64,000 bases of DNA from a virus (taxonomy: Duplodnaviria; Heunggongvirae; Uroviricota; Caudoviricetes). Shown here piece after piece: positions 1 to 9,801 of this stretch. Under the pieces are notes generated by a model. The model ran no database searches, was not told the origin of the DNA, and worked only from the letters and a program-made list of their open reading frames with translations. The stretch is from the IMG/VR virus record IMGVR_UViG_3300045988_157791; one strand, given 5' to 3'. The position numbers and the translations under genes are program-made. Numbering within the stretch: the stretch's first letter is position 1; every line of letters starts with the position of its first letter.

Positions 1-1
1 A

Positions 2-625
2 TCCATCGTTGAAGCTGCTTCCATTGTATCCGATGAACTGCGCGAAAAAGCAGATCTGGCAACTCAAACATATAACGAACATTATAAAAATGGTACGCAC
101 ACTAAAGCAGACAAAGCAAATATGCAAGCTGCGACCACTAAACTTGCTTACTTCATCAACAACGTTGTAAACGCTGTAGAAGAAGAAAAATTATGCTCTG
201 TTTTCTACTATGCGATCAAAGCAAGTAAACAAGCGCCAGAAGCATTTTTCCGTGATGCAATGGCTAACAGTTATTCTCTGGAAAAACTGGTTTATCTGGT
301 CAAATCAATTAAATCTGGTAAATGCGTTTATTCCGTCGCTGATATGTCAGGATCTCGTGTATTCGCTTTAATCGATATGATTAACGACGAGATCGACACG
401 TTCACCAATGGCGCTGTTTTCGATTTAATGAATGAAGCAAAAAAAGCGTGCGAAATTAAATTGGACGCTGGCTATACTCAAGCCAACCAGTTGATCAATC
501 TTTGCGAACGTCTCGGACTTGTTGAAAAAGTCAAAGGAGCTGGGAGCGCGAAAGCTGGTACTCAGCAATATCGCTTCATTAAAAATGATTTCTATAACTA
601 TCTGGCTGATGCTTTTAAAGCGTAA
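2..625 (+). CDS. hypothetical protein, 5' end outside window
   Basis: Frame is open from position 2 to the stop at 623-625; the ATG at 122 has no convincing SD; followed by a hairpin terminator. Confidence 0.45.
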   Translation, partial: SIVEAASIVSDELREKADLATQTYNEHYKNGTHTKADKANMQAATTKLAYFINNVVNAVEEEKLCSVFYYAIKASKQAPEAFFRDAMANSYSLEKLVYLVKSIKSGKCVYSVADMSGSRVFALIDMINDEIDTFTNGAVFDLMNEAKKACEIKLDAGYTQANQLINLCERLGLVEKVKGAGSAKAGTQQYRFIKNDFYNYLADAFKA

Positions 626-637
626 TTAATGGAATCT

Positions 638-660
638 GGCGCCCACTATGGGCGCTTTTA
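638..660 (+). terminator. rho-independent terminator
   Basis: Hairpin GGCGCCCA-cta-TGGGCGC followed by a T-run. Confidence 0.7.
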
Positions 661-673
661 AGGAGTTTTAATC

Positions 674-904
674 ATGTATGTTCTTATCGCTGGCGTTAAC
701 GTGCGCAATGAATATTTTGTTAATCGCATCGCTGGGATCGCTGGCTACGCTGGGCGCTCAGTCGAGTTTATCGATGAAACAACGCGTAAAATTGACTTAT
801 TGAACGACCAGGAGCGAAAAAAAGCTGAGGTGAACGACGCTGATATATTTTTAATGTTAAAAGCGTTTGTAGAAATGGGATTTGAAATCAGTTTACATAA
901 ATAA
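674..904 (+). CDS. hypothetical protein (76 aa)
   Basis: ATG preceded by AAGGAG SD; followed by terminator. Confidence 0.55.
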   Translation: MYVLIAGVNVRNEYFVNRIAGIAGYAGRSVEFIDETTRKIDLLNDQERKKAEVNDADIFLMLKAFVEMGFEISLHK

Positions 905-909
905 AATCG

Positions 910-935
910 AGCGCCCACTATGGGCGCTTTTTTCG
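910..935 (+). terminator. rho-independent terminator (same stem as 638-660)
   Basis: Hairpin GCGCCCActaTGGGCGC plus T6. Confidence 0.7.
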
Positions 936-954
936 TTTCCAATACTTCCACAAT

Positions 955-980
955 AACGCGCCATTGATGGCGCGTTTTTT
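955..980 (+). terminator. rho-independent terminator
   Basis: Hairpin CGCGCCAttgaTGGCGCG plus T6. Confidence 0.65.
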
Positions 981-1399
981 ATTGTCTTTGACTCACTCCA
1001 ACAACATAAAAATAAGCGCCAAAATAACGCCATAAACGCGCTTTTATATCCTTGCCAGTACATACCCATTACTTAACACATTAACGCGCTTAAAATGCGT
1101 TATATTGCGCTATAACGTATGGCTAATCATTGGCTTTTAGTCTTGCTATGTGATCCGCGTTTATTTGTCGGCGCGGATCGGCATTTTGTGTTGTTTTGTA
1201 TCCGCTCGCATATGATTGCCACGTTGGGCAACGTGTACGCGCTTACAGTGATTTACCCACGGATTCACATAATCACATAGCGAAAGCTATCTGGATGGCC
1301 CAGGGGCTGAAACCCCCACCAGCGATACCCCAGCGCCGCTACGCAATTTCTGGCGCGATTCCGGGTTTCTCCCGCTCAGTTTTCTACATAAAGGCGAAT

Positions 1400-1480
1400 G
1401 CAGCCGTTTCCCGAAAAAATCCTGGCCGTTTCCCGTCGGCTCATGAATGCGTTCCTCGCCGTTTCTGAAAATTTCCCTGC
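1400..1480. repeat. iteron-like direct repeats (GCCGTTTCCCG-like, 3 copies)
   Basis: Copies at about 1403, 1425 and 1457; same unit as the 5000-5140 array. Confidence 0.5.
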
Positions 1481-1528
1481 GGCAGCTGGTGGCTATAGAG
1501 AAAGGGCCGTTTCTGGCCCTCTTCTCAG

Positions 1529-2011
1529 TTACACGCCATCAAGGATGTGGATGCGGTTGCTTGCGTATACATTCAGCATAAAGTTAGCGCAAAACAGTTT
1601 CCATGTGTCAACGCCAGCGGTATACGTAATGTTTTTGCATTTAATTGCATTGTTGGCGATCCGCATCCCCTGCGATACTGCTTCATCGTCGGAAAATTTG
1701 AACGACGATTGAGTTTTAATCCAGACAGAAATCTGCGTAGCGAACTCAATCAGCTTGGACTGGCAGAATCGCCCGGAGCGCACCGGAAAGACGAACGTTC
1801 CGAATCCAGAATTTACCACATATGCTTTCTCAAATACCCGCGAGTAACGACGATTGCCAATGATGTTGCGTACAATAATGCATTTTTCTTGTTCTGACAG
1901 TTCTACCGTCTCATTGTGACGCCAGGCACCAAGTACTCGTTTTTCAATGTCAGAGAACGTTACAGCGATATTGCCATGTGCGGGTGCGTTTACAGTAGCG
2001 ATAAAATTCAT
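1529..2011 (-). CDS. hypothetical protein (160 aa)
   Basis: ORF with AAGGAA SD; conserved promoter/leader motif immediately upstream. Confidence 0.55.
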   Translation of the reverse strand: MNFIATVNAPAHGNIAVTFSDIEKRVLGAWRHNETVELSEQEKCIIVRNIIGNRRYSRVFEKAYVVNSGFGTFVFPVRSGRFCQSKLIEFATQISVWIKTQSSFKFSDDEAVSQGMRIANNAIKCKNITYTAGVDTWKLFCANFMLNVYASNRIHILDGV

Positions 2012-2022
2012 GATTAATTCCT

Positions 2023-2076
2023 TATCGTAAATAACAAATTGTTTTCTTGTTGGCGTTAATTATCGTTGTACGAATA
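2023..2076 (-). promoter_or_regulatory. conserved early-type promoter/leader motif (copy a)
   Basis: Minus-strand reading TTGACG-N15/17-GATAAT followed by a near-palindromic AACAAnTTGTT core just 5' of the RBS. Confidence 0.55.
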
Positions 2077-2215
2077 AGGCGTCAAAGTGGAAAGTTGCGG
2101 TAGCCGGACGGGAACAGGTGGGTTTGTCGGTTGCCTGGAGGTAAGAGGTTGGTGTTTTTAGCCTGAGGGAAACAGGATGGTCATTTAAGGCCACCAGCAT
2201 TGGTGGCCTTAGTCT

Positions 2216-2497
2216 TTAGTGGAGCAGACCGATGTCGATGGTATCCCCTGAATCACCCACACGGATCATCAGCATGGCGAAGGCGTTTAGTGGATAACTG
2301 GCGTGCCATTCAGGGAAGCGGTCATCTCGCATGAAGTCGGCAATGTCGTAAACGCAGCCCTCAAAGTGGAAGAATCGCGTGCTTACCTGCTCGTCATATT
2401 CCACATGATCCATTTCTTGCTGTTCTGTTTCCGGCAAGTCCAGCCATGATTCAAGGAATACATTTTGTGCTTTAGGGGTAATGGTGAAATCAGTCAT
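2216..2497 (-). CDS. hypothetical protein (93 aa)
   Basis: Start re-placed to the ATG with GAGGA SD (MTDFTITPK...), because the motif at 2515-2572 lies inside the longer track ORF. Confidence 0.5.
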   Translation of the reverse strand: MTDFTITPKAQNVFLESWLDLPETEQQEMDHVEYDEQVSTRFFHFEGCVYDIADFMRDDRFPEWHASYPLNAFAMLMIRVGDSGDTIDIGLLH

Positions 2498-2514
2498 GAG
2501 CATATCCTCACTGC

Positions 2515-2572
2515 GTAAACATGTTGTTTTCTTGTTGGTGTAATTATCGCAGTGTAGATAAGGCATAAAAGA
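2515..2572 (-). promoter_or_regulatory. conserved promoter/leader motif (copy b)
   Basis: AAACATGTTGTTTTCTTGTTGGTGTAATTATCGC, same architecture as the other copies. Confidence 0.55.
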
Positions 2573-2832
2573 AGTTAATACAGGCTGAATACACAAGAAA
2601 GGTTCTGGAAGTTGATAACCAGGTTTCAAACTAACCTTCGGTTATTAAAAGTCATTTAAGGCCACCAATGCTGGTGGCCTTAATAATTATCGCCCGATTA
2701 CGCTAAGGATCTTTTCCTCAACTGATTTGTTGTTGCGACTAAACTGCCTTGCGTATCTGATGACAGAAGAGGCGTTTTGCTTTCTGACCATCTCGGCTCT
2801 TTCCTTCAGGCGTTTCTTGAAATCGCCCATAT

Positions 2833-3207
2833 TTACCACCAGGCACGGAACGTCAGTCTATTATTGTGAAAGTCGTGGTTCTTAATCAGATCTTCCACAA
2901 GCTCTTTCAACTCCCCCACATCATGCCAGTAACCTTCATCGTACTCCTGACTGCCGAAGAAAAAACCTTCCCGGGTAGGCAAGTACTCTTCGCAATTACT
3001 TTCGTTTATGTGCATCAAATGAGCCTTCAGAAAACAAATGTCATTCATCGTTAATTCTAAAAGCTCACAATTTTCGACTTCACCTACGTTGCGCTCCATC
3101 CACCCAACGAGCGCATTGAACTTACGGAAGTAAGCAACCTGCTTTCTGGATGCCTCGTTATTCAGATCGTTTTTAGGCTGCGTCTCGATATAGATATCAA
3201 GTCCCAT
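2833..3207 (-). CDS. hypothetical protein (124 aa)
   Basis: ATG with AAGGAAA SD (MGLDIYIE...). Confidence 0.5.
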   Translation of the reverse strand: MGLDIYIETQPKNDLNNEASRKQVAYFRKFNALVGWMERNVGEVENCELLELTMNDICFLKAHLMHINESNCEEYLPTREGFFFGSQEYDEGYWHDVGELKELVEDLIKNHDFHNNRLTFRAWW

Positions 3208-3324
3208 GATGGTTTCCTTATTAAGTTGCTTCAGTGAAATCATTTTCACAAATCAGATAAGGCAGAAAACAGATTGTTATCGGGCATAAGAAAATGGCGC
3301 GGTTTACGCGCCATTCAAAGAGGA

Positions 3325-3720
3325 TTAAGCGAATACGCTTTCAGGGATTAAGGTGTCAGCAGGAATGCCGGAGGTAATGCGCAGGCCGTACTGACCAATC
3401 CAGGTAGTGTTGGTATTCAGGCTGGAGGCGAATACGGTGTTAACCATATTCATCATGGTTTCAAACACCTCTTCATCAACCTGGCGGAAGTAGTTCTCGA
3501 TTTTCAGCAGCAGCGGGTCAGTTGCATCGAAAATAGACTGGTATTGAGTCGCGTACTCGCCGCCGGAGGCATCACCTTTACGCACGATCGTACTGGCCTG
3601 GACTTCGGCACCAGTTTCGGTGTTGTACGTAACAACGGTGATTTTTGCCACATTCTTACCTTCGGCGGTTTCAGAGGCATAGTAAACATCAACTGTCAGT
3701 TTTTCGCGTTTAACGGTCAT
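3325..3720 (-). CDS. hypothetical protein (131 aa)
   Basis: ATG with GGAGAG SD (MTVKREKL...). Confidence 0.5.
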   Translation of the reverse strand: MTVKREKLTVDVYYASETAEGKNVAKITVVTYNTETGAEVQASTIVRKGDASGGEYATQYQSIFDATDPLLLKIENYFRQVDEEVFETMMNMVNTVFASSLNTNTTWIGQYGLRITSGIPADTLIPESVFA

Positions 3721-3782
3721 TTCACTCTCCGTAGTGTATTGGTTATTTTTATATTCTATGATCGTAAGTATGTACTTACAAT

Positions 3783-3812
3783 ACAAAAAAGCCCCGTAAG
3801 GATGGCGGGGCT
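3783..3812 (-). terminator. rho-independent terminator
   Basis: Hairpin GCCCCGtaaggatggCGGGGC followed by a U-run on the minus strand. Confidence 0.6.
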
Positions 3813-3846
3813 GTCGTACGGTCGACTAATTACCACTTGCACATTA

Positions 3847-4158
3847 TCAGGCTATTGCCATCACTGATGCTCTCTGAATCTCTTGCTGGGCCACGCGGTT
3901 AACTTCCATCAAAGCCAGTTCGAGCTGATGTTCCGGCCACATTCTTTGAAATGCCACCCAGCCTTTTCCACGCTGGCGACGAACATTCATTACATAACGA
4001 GTAAAGGTGTTTTTATCGAAAGACACCGCTGTTTCACGGAATAGACGAATAGAGGTTCCATTGGCAACGATATCCAGCAAAGTTAATTGAGCAACCAGTG
4101 CAGGCTTCTCTTTTCTCTTCTGGTCTTTGTCCAGACCAAGAACCAATGATTTTTTCAT
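3847..4158 (-). CDS. hypothetical protein (103 aa)
   Basis: Track ORF begins at a TTG; ATG with GGAG SD chosen (MKKSLVLG...). Confidence 0.45.
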   Translation of the reverse strand: MKKSLVLGLDKDQKRKEKPALVAQLTLLDIVANGTSIRLFRETAVSFDKNTFTRYVMNVRRQRGKGWVAFQRMWPEHQLELALMEVNRVAQQEIQRASVMAIA

Positions 4159-4165
4159 CACAACT

Positions 4166-4215
4166 CCGTAAACAACTTGTTTTCTCAATGGCGTAAATAA
4201 TACCAGTAAGAAAAC
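4166..4215 (-). promoter_or_regulatory. conserved promoter/leader motif (copy c, variant)
   Basis: AAACAACTTGTTTTCTCAATGG. Confidence 0.45.
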
Positions 4216-4311
4216 GGCTACAAAGCATATTGATCAGGTGCATGAGCGATATGCAGGTTCTTCCCTGCGGCTATAGAGAAATTAAGCCAGCAAAGCTGGC
4301 TTTGGTTGGGG

Positions 4312-4641
4312 TTACTCGAATACTTCAAGAAACTCCTGAACGTCCCAATGCTGGACGAGGTGAAGATAGACCTTAGAAATCACGTCATTTTCGCTATCGC
4401 ATGTGAAGTAGTACTTCTGGCTGCGGTTGTATGTGTCCACACAAAATTCGCTCATATCCATAAAGTCAGCATCTTCACCCATGTCGCAAATCATCAAAGC
4501 AGGTGCGTCATCACGAGTCATCAGCTCAAGCACCCACCGCGAATTGATCAGAGTGGAAGACCAACCTTCTAACTCATAAAACTGATCAAACTCTTTTTGA
4601 GTTAATTTCTTGATTTGGTTGATGTCGATATTTGCAAACAT
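4312..4641 (-). CDS. hypothetical protein (109 aa)
   Basis: ATG start (MFANIDINQ...) directly downstream of motif copy d. Confidence 0.5.
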   Translation of the reverse strand: MFANIDINQIKKLTQKEFDQFYELEGWSSTLINSRWVLELMTRDDAPALMICDMGEDADFMDMSEFCVDTYNRSQKYYFTCDSENDVISKVYLHLVQHWDVQEFLEVFE

Positions 4642-4651
4642 AAAGCAACCC

Positions 4652-4708
4652 TTAAACAACATGTTTTCTTATTGGTGTTATTATCGCAATAACGCATAGG
4701 CGAAAAAG
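4652..4708 (-). promoter_or_regulatory. conserved promoter/leader motif (copy d)
   Basis: AAACAACATGTTTTCTTATTGGTGTTATTATCGC...GGCGAAAAAGG. Confidence 0.55.
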
Positions 4709-4999
4709 GATTTTATTCCGGTGAATGTGGTTTTGGCAGTGAGTTTTCAGGTTCAGTACCGAGTACACTTTTTACATTATTCTGATTTAGTAGCCGAAGG
4801 TGGCTGGTGGGCAGAATAATCATCTCCCCGAAAACCTACTGAAATCGATTGTGACCCGTTGGCTGTCTGGCACAATTACGCTGTAGCTGGGCATTCAGAG
4901 GGAATCCAGCGGTAAGTAAGTTCGCCTGCACGTGAGCGCCTCTCTTCTTCCCGCACATTACAGGTGGGTAGCCGCAACTCTCCCTCTCGCTATACCGGT

Positions 5000-5140
5000 A
5001 CGCCGCCGTTCCTGAACCGGCATCGAGCCTTTTCCCGAAATCCACACAGGCAACTCGACCGTTTCCCTGAAAACCTCCAGCCGTTCCCCGAAGGCAACCC
5101 AGCCGTTTCTGTAGCGGGATGCAGCCTTTTCCCTGTATGG
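5000..5140. repeat. iteron-like array, six GCCGTT(T)CCC-GAA units at about 22-bp spacing
   Basis: Units at about 5004, 5027, 5059, 5080, 5102 and 5124; no credible ORF. Confidence 0.55.
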
Positions 5141-5289
5141 ACCGAAGGCTGACCGTAGGGGTGTTACGGGGGATAAAATCAGGAGTTGAATAAATACGAA
5201 AAAGGAGGCGACACCCCTCCTTCCCTCCCAACTTATACATACCTGTCTTGTTCGCTATACATGTTGTGTTTTCTTCGTGTTTTATCTGT

Positions 5290-6110
5290 TTCAACCTCTC
5301 TATAGGCGTTAATGCTCACTCCTTCCAGAACGTTCTATACGGCGACTATTTCTGTTGGTGAATTGGGTGTGTTGTTTTCCCTGTCGGTGTATGTGGTTTC
5401 GTTCGTTTTGCGATGGTTCTTCTATGGGGTGTTCTCGTCGTTTTGGTGATTGTTCTTCTCCGTGTATGGAGTAATGGCAGGTGGGCGATTCCTTTCGTTA
5501 TTGTGTTTGAGTTGTTTGTCTGGAGTGCGTGAAGGGCTTTTGTAGTTATTCGTGTATTGGGTAATGGCGTTTCCCGTGATTGTTATGTTTCGTGTCTTTT
5601 GGGATTGAGAGAAACCTTGCGGTTACAGGCTTCGTTGGGGTTTCAGTGATTCTGATGTTTCTTCGCTGTTTGGGTAATGGCGTGTCGTGGGTATCGCGCG
5701 TATGAATGTTTTCGGATTGCCTGTGAAAGTTAGGTTGGTTGTCCGGTAGCCTGGGAAGAAGAGGTGGGTCTTTTCGGTAGCCTGCCATAAAGAGGTTGGT
5801 TGTTTTTGGTAATGGCATATGTGTTATTTAGTTGTTTTGTTATACCTGAAAATAAGTTGTTTATATGGTTATGTAACGCAACGGGAGCGATTTTGAGCGT
5901 GTGTTTTTGTTGGTAGTGTGTTGGGTCGTCTGTGGTGAAAATTGGACGCTGTGGCGCTGTCTGCTGCGTAGAGTTACGGGTATAAGAAGTGATGTGTGAA
6001 AACGTCAATTTTTTAGACCAAATCGGGTGAAAGCGTTGACGTTTCGTTGATCTGTTATTTAGTTGTTTTCTTATTTGTATAAACAACCATAACCTATTGA
6101 TATTTAATGA
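5290..6110. repeat. strongly GT-skewed non-coding region with degenerate ~100-bp repeats (GGGTAATGGCG cores)
   Basis: Top strand depleted in A and C; GGGTAATGGCG-like cores near 5476, 5562, 5668 and 5805; track ORFs here are low-complexity. Confidence 0.5.
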
Positions 6111-6205
6111 TGTGATTGCTGGTATGGGAGGGGAGTAGTGGCGATCAACGGATTCTTATAGAAAAGAATCAAATTGTGACCGCCATTATCAATGAGTTGC
6201 AACCG

Positions 6206-6775
6206 TTAGTTGTTCAGATAAACATTTGGAACACGGACGTAGAAGTTCCTGTCGCCGGTAAGTTCCAGAGTAATGTTAATGTCATTACCATTGTCTAGTG
6301 TAGCCGTTGCTCTATAGAACTTATCCGTCACCTTGTCCTCTATTGTCACCTTCATACATTTTGGTGCAGTCGAACCGTTATTCTCTTTCAGAATAGTTGT
6401 CACGAGAGGGCAGGCTGCTTCTTCAAGAGCAACCTCGTCCTTGTGTGGGATGCCGATGAAGATAACCCAAGCCAGCGACGCAACGATTATGATAAATGGC
6501 ACTCTGCTGCCTTTTGTAATAGTCGCGCGCTTCCAGAGATAGACAGGCAGGAGGAATACCCCCCATAGAATTGAAGGTGGTTCACAGCCAGACTCCGATA
6601 GAGCCATTCTGTCAGCTACTAACAAACCGATGGTAGTTACACCCCCAATTATAATAGCGTAATTGGTATACTCTTCCGGCGATACTCCAAAGAAGAAAGG
6701 CATGAACGCTAGAATCCACGCATAAATGTTATTCAGAGGTTTTGTTTGTTGGTTCTGGGTTTCCATCACATCCAT
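6206..6775 (-). CDS. membrane protein, about four predicted N-terminal TM helices (189 aa)
   Basis: Long hydrophobic N-terminal segments followed by a soluble C-terminal domain. Confidence 0.5.
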   Translation of the reverse strand: MDVMETQNQQTKPLNNIYAWILAFMPFFFGVSPEEYTNYAIIIGGVTTIGLLVADRMALSESGCEPPSILWGVFLLPVYLWKRATITKGSRVPFIIIVASLAWVIFIGIPHKDEVALEEAACPLVTTILKENNGSTAPKCMKVTIEDKVTDKFYRATATLDNGNDINITLELTGDRNFYVRVPNVYLNN

Positions 6776-6927
6776 TCCATCACATAAAAATCGCGTTTAT
6801 ATATTATCAATTTTCTCACTTGTATAACCTAAATACGCATCCGTTTATCAATCCACCTTCCACAAACATCAGCTTTAGCTATGAAAAATAACAATCTCAA
6901 AGTGAAAACCATTATCATAGGAAACGA

Positions 6928-7113
6928 TTAGATGAGATGGTCTAATTCATCATCTATCATTGCTTTAACACTTGAGTCATTAACCCCGTATTGATTTATG
7001 AACCGTTTCAGCTCCGGTGAAAACTGAAGGTAGATATCGTGAGCGTTTTTCACTGTAGGTTCAACGCCACGCATTTCAAGCGCCTTTAGTAGATATGAGT
7101 CTTCTTTAAGCAT
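6928..7113 (-). CDS. hypothetical protein (61 aa)
   Basis: ORF only. Confidence 0.3.
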   Translation of the reverse strand: MLKEDSYLLKALEMRGVEPTVKNAHDIYLQFSPELKRFINQYGVNDSSVKAMIDDELDHLI

Positions 7114-7149
7114 AAATTCTCCGTTGTCTAGTATGAAGCGATTGCCGGA

Positions 7150-7449
7150 TTACCATTGCCAGCACTCTAGCCCTTCAACGACCGGTGCACCACAATCAAA
7201 ATGTACAGAGTCAAAGCCTACATCAAGTACTTTCTGAATGTTCGCAATCGCGCCCTCGGATATACCATATCGACGCAACTCATCTTTCCAGTCATCGTCC
7301 TGTAACCCGGCGTGGACAATGCAACCGTACTCAATTTGTGAAACCCAATCCAGCTCATTGCTTGCGATCATGAATCGGCGAGCATCTTCCTCTGATGTAT
7401 GAGATGAGCTGATCAATGCCACCTGGTAGGCTTGGGTAATGTTCAACAT
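7150..7449 (-). CDS. hypothetical protein (99 aa)
   Basis: ATG with GGAG SD; motif copy e upstream. Confidence 0.45.
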   Translation of the reverse strand: MLNITQAYQVALISSSHTSEEDARRFMIASNELDWVSQIEYGCIVHAGLQDDDWKDELRRYGISEGAIANIQKVLDVGFDSVHFDCGAPVVEGLECWQW

Positions 7450-7460
7450 TTCAACCACTC

Positions 7461-7525
7461 CAAAACAAGTTGTTTTCTTATGTGGTTTATTATCTCCATC
7501 AACAAAAGGCAGAAAACAAATTGTT
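7461..7525 (-). promoter_or_regulatory. conserved promoter/leader motif (copy e, with a second partial core)
   Basis: AAACAAGTTGTTTTCTTATGTGG plus downstream AAAACAAATTGTTTT. Confidence 0.5.
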
Positions 7526-7565
7526 TTAGGTACTGTGTAAATCAGAAGGGATTGTGTCTATATGA

Positions 7566-7592
7566 AAATGCCCGGCGTGTTGCCGGGCATTG
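7566..7592 (-). terminator. metG rho-independent terminator
   Basis: Hairpin GCCCGGCgtgttGCCGGGC with a U-run on the minus strand, just 3' of the metG stop. Confidence 0.7.
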
Positions 7593-7610
7593 CGAAGAGA
7601 GGTTGTTTAA

Positions 7611-9644
7611 TTACTTAACCTGGTGGCCAGGTTTAGCACCAGCATCCGGGCTTAACAGGAAGATATCTTTCCCGCCGGGGCCAGCAGCCATCACCATGCC
7701 TTCAGAGATACCGAAGCGCATTTTACGTGGTGCCAGGTTAGCCACCATAATGGTGTGACGACCAATCAGTGCCTGCGGATCCGGGTAGGCAGAACGAATA
7801 CCGGAGAAGACATTGCGTTTTTCACCGCCGAGATCCAGTGTCAGGCGCAGCAGTTTGTCAGAACCTTCAACAAACTCTGCGTTTTCGATCAGCGCTACGC
7901 GCAGGTCAACTTTGGCGAAGTCGTCAAAGGTGATGGTTTCCTGAATCGGATCATCTGCCAGTGGGCCAGTAACTGGCGCGGCAGCTGCTTTCACTTCTTC
8001 TTTAGACGCTTCCACCAGTGCTTCAACCTGCTTCATATCGATGCGGTTATACAGTGCCTTGAACGGATTTACTTTATGGCCCAGCAGCGGTTGCTGGATA
8101 CCATCCCAGGTCAGTTCTGTATTCAGGAATGCTTCTGCACGTTCAGTCAGTTTCGGCAGTACCGGCTTCAGGTACGTCATCAGCACGCGGAACAGGTTAA
8201 TGCCCATAGAGCAAATCGCCTGCAGATCGGCATCGCGTCCTTCCTGCTTCGCCACCACCCACGGAGCCTGTTCATCGACATAGCGGTTAGCCAGGTCAGC
8301 CAGTGCCATGATTTCACGGATAGCTTTACCAAATTCGCGGCTTTCCCACGCTTCACCAATCACTTCAGCGGCATCAGTGAAGGTTTTGTACAACTGCGGG
8401 TCAGCCAGCTCGCTTGCCAGCACACCGTCAAAACGCTTATTGATAAAGCCAGCGTTACGGGACGCCAGGTTAACCACTTTGTTCACGATATCGGCATTCA
8501 CACGCTGAACGAAATCCTCCAGGTTGAGATCGATATCATCAATGCGCGAAGAGAGTTTCGCAGTGTAGTAGTAACGCAGGCTGTCAGCGTCAAAATGATT
8601 CAGCCAGGTGCTGGCTTTAATAAAGGTGCCGCGAGACTTGGACATCTTCGCGCCGTTCACCGTCACATAGCCATGAACAAACAGGTTGGTCGGCTTGCGG
8701 AAGTTGCTGCCTTCCAGCATGGCAGGCCAGAACAGGCTGTGGAAGTAAACGATATCTTTACCGATGAAGTGGTACAGCTCGGCGGTGGAGTCTTTCTTCC
8801 AGTATTCATCGAAGCTTACGCTGTCGCCGCGCTTGTCGCACAGATTCTTGAAAGAACCCATGTAGCCAATCGGTGCGTCCAGCCAGACGTAGAAATATTT
8901 GCCCGGCGCGTTCGGAATTTCAAAACCGAAGTAAGGGGCGTCGCGGGAGATATCCCACTGTTGCAGGCCAGATTCAAACCACTCCTGCATTTTATTTGCC
9001 ACCTGCTCCTGCAACGCACCGCTGCGGGTCCATGCCTGCAACATTTCGCTGAAAGAGGGCAGATCAAAGAAGAAGTGTTCAGAATCACGCATTACCGGCG
9101 TAGCACCAGAAACCACCGATTTCGGTTCAATCAGTTCAGTCGGGCTGTAGGTCGCGCCGCAGACTTCACAGTTATCGCCGTATTGATCTGGCGCTTTACA
9201 TTTCGGGCAGGTGCCTTTCACAAAACGGTCCGGCAGGAACATGCCTTTTTCCGGATCGTACAGCTGAGAGATGGTGCGGTTTTTAATAAAACCGTTTTCT
9301 TTCAGGCGAGAGTAGATAAGTTCTGACAACTGGCGGTTCTCTTCGCTGTGCGTCGAGTGATAGTTGTCATAGCTGATGTTAAAGCCTGCGAAATCAGTCT
9401 GATGTTCCTGACTCATTTCGCCAATCATCTGCTCCGGTGTGATACCAAGCTGCTGAGCTTTAAGCATGATCGGCGTGCCGTGGGCATCGTCGGCGCAGAT
9501 GAAGTTGACCTCGTGGCCGCGCATTCGCTGGTAACGGACCCAGACATCAGCCTGGATGTGCTCCAGCATATGGCCGAGGTGGATTGAGCCGTTAGCGTAC
9601 GGCAGCGCGCACGTCACCAGAATTTTCTTCGCGACTTGGGTCAT
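7611..9644 (-). CDS. metG: methionine--tRNA ligase (677 aa)
   Basis: Start at [26 protein letters not shown] (HIGH-type motif), KMSKS present, zinc knuckles CPKC/CEVC, C-terminal tRNA-binding domain; I recognise it as enterobacterial MetG. Confidence 0.95.
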   Translation of the reverse strand: MTQVAKKILVTCALPYANGSIHLGHMLEHIQADVWVRYQRMRGHEVNFICADDAHGTPIMLKAQQLGITPEQMIGEMSQEHQTDFAGFNISYDNYHSTHSEENRQLSELIYSRLKENGFIKNRTISQLYDPEKGMFLPDRFVKGTCPKCKAPDQYGDNCEVCGATYSPTELIEPKSVVSGATPVMRDSEHFFFDLPSFSEMLQAWTRSGALQEQVANKMQEWFESGLQQWDISRDAPYFGFEIPNAPGKYFYVWLDAPIGYMGSFKNLCDKRGDSVSFDEYWKKDSTAELYHFIGKDIVYFHSLFWPAMLEGSNFRKPTNLFVHGYVTVNGAKMSKSRGTFIKASTWLNHFDADSLRYYYTAKLSSRIDDIDLNLEDFVQRVNADIVNKVVNLASRNAGFINKRFDGVLASELADPQLYKTFTDAAEVIGEAWESREFGKAIREIMALADLANRYVDEQAPWVVAKQEGRDADLQAICSMGINLFRVLMTYLKPVLPKLTERAEAFLNTELTWDGIQQPLLGHKVNPFKALYNRIDMKQVEALVEASKEEVKAAAAPVTGPLADDPIQETITFDDFAKVDLRVALIENAEFVEGSDKLLRLTLDLGGEKRNVFSGIRSAYPDPQALIGRHTIMVANLAPRKMRFGISEGMVMAAGPGGKDIFLLSPDAGAKPGHQVK

Positions 9645-9801
9645 AGTAGGCATTACTTCTTTGTAGTGAAAAGGGGCTTGATAGTAACAAAATGGCCTTA
9701 TGTCTGCCATGTGATAACAGCATTTCTCATAAATGATTAAATGTCGTAGCTGGAGTACACTACAAGGCGACAATTGCGCAAATTAAAATAAAGGAGACGG
9801 G
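9645..9801. promoter_or_regulatory. divergent metG / apbC promoter region
   Basis: 157-bp AT-rich interval between divergent starts. Confidence 0.5.

Noticed and set aside
4836-6086. Track ORFs 4836-5294, 4964-5152, 5546-5818 and 5730-6086
   Set aside because: They fall in the iteron-like and GT-skewed repeat tracts; their translations are dominated by Pro/Thr/His/Arg/Gly runs consistent with composition artefacts, and they lack RBS context.
7755-9326. 523-aa plus-strand ORF, with smaller ORFs at 8041-8508, 8816-9088 and 9348-9587
   Set aside because: They lie antisense or out of frame within metG, have low-complexity Arg/Phe/Gln-rich translations and no motifs; metG on the minus strand explains the region.
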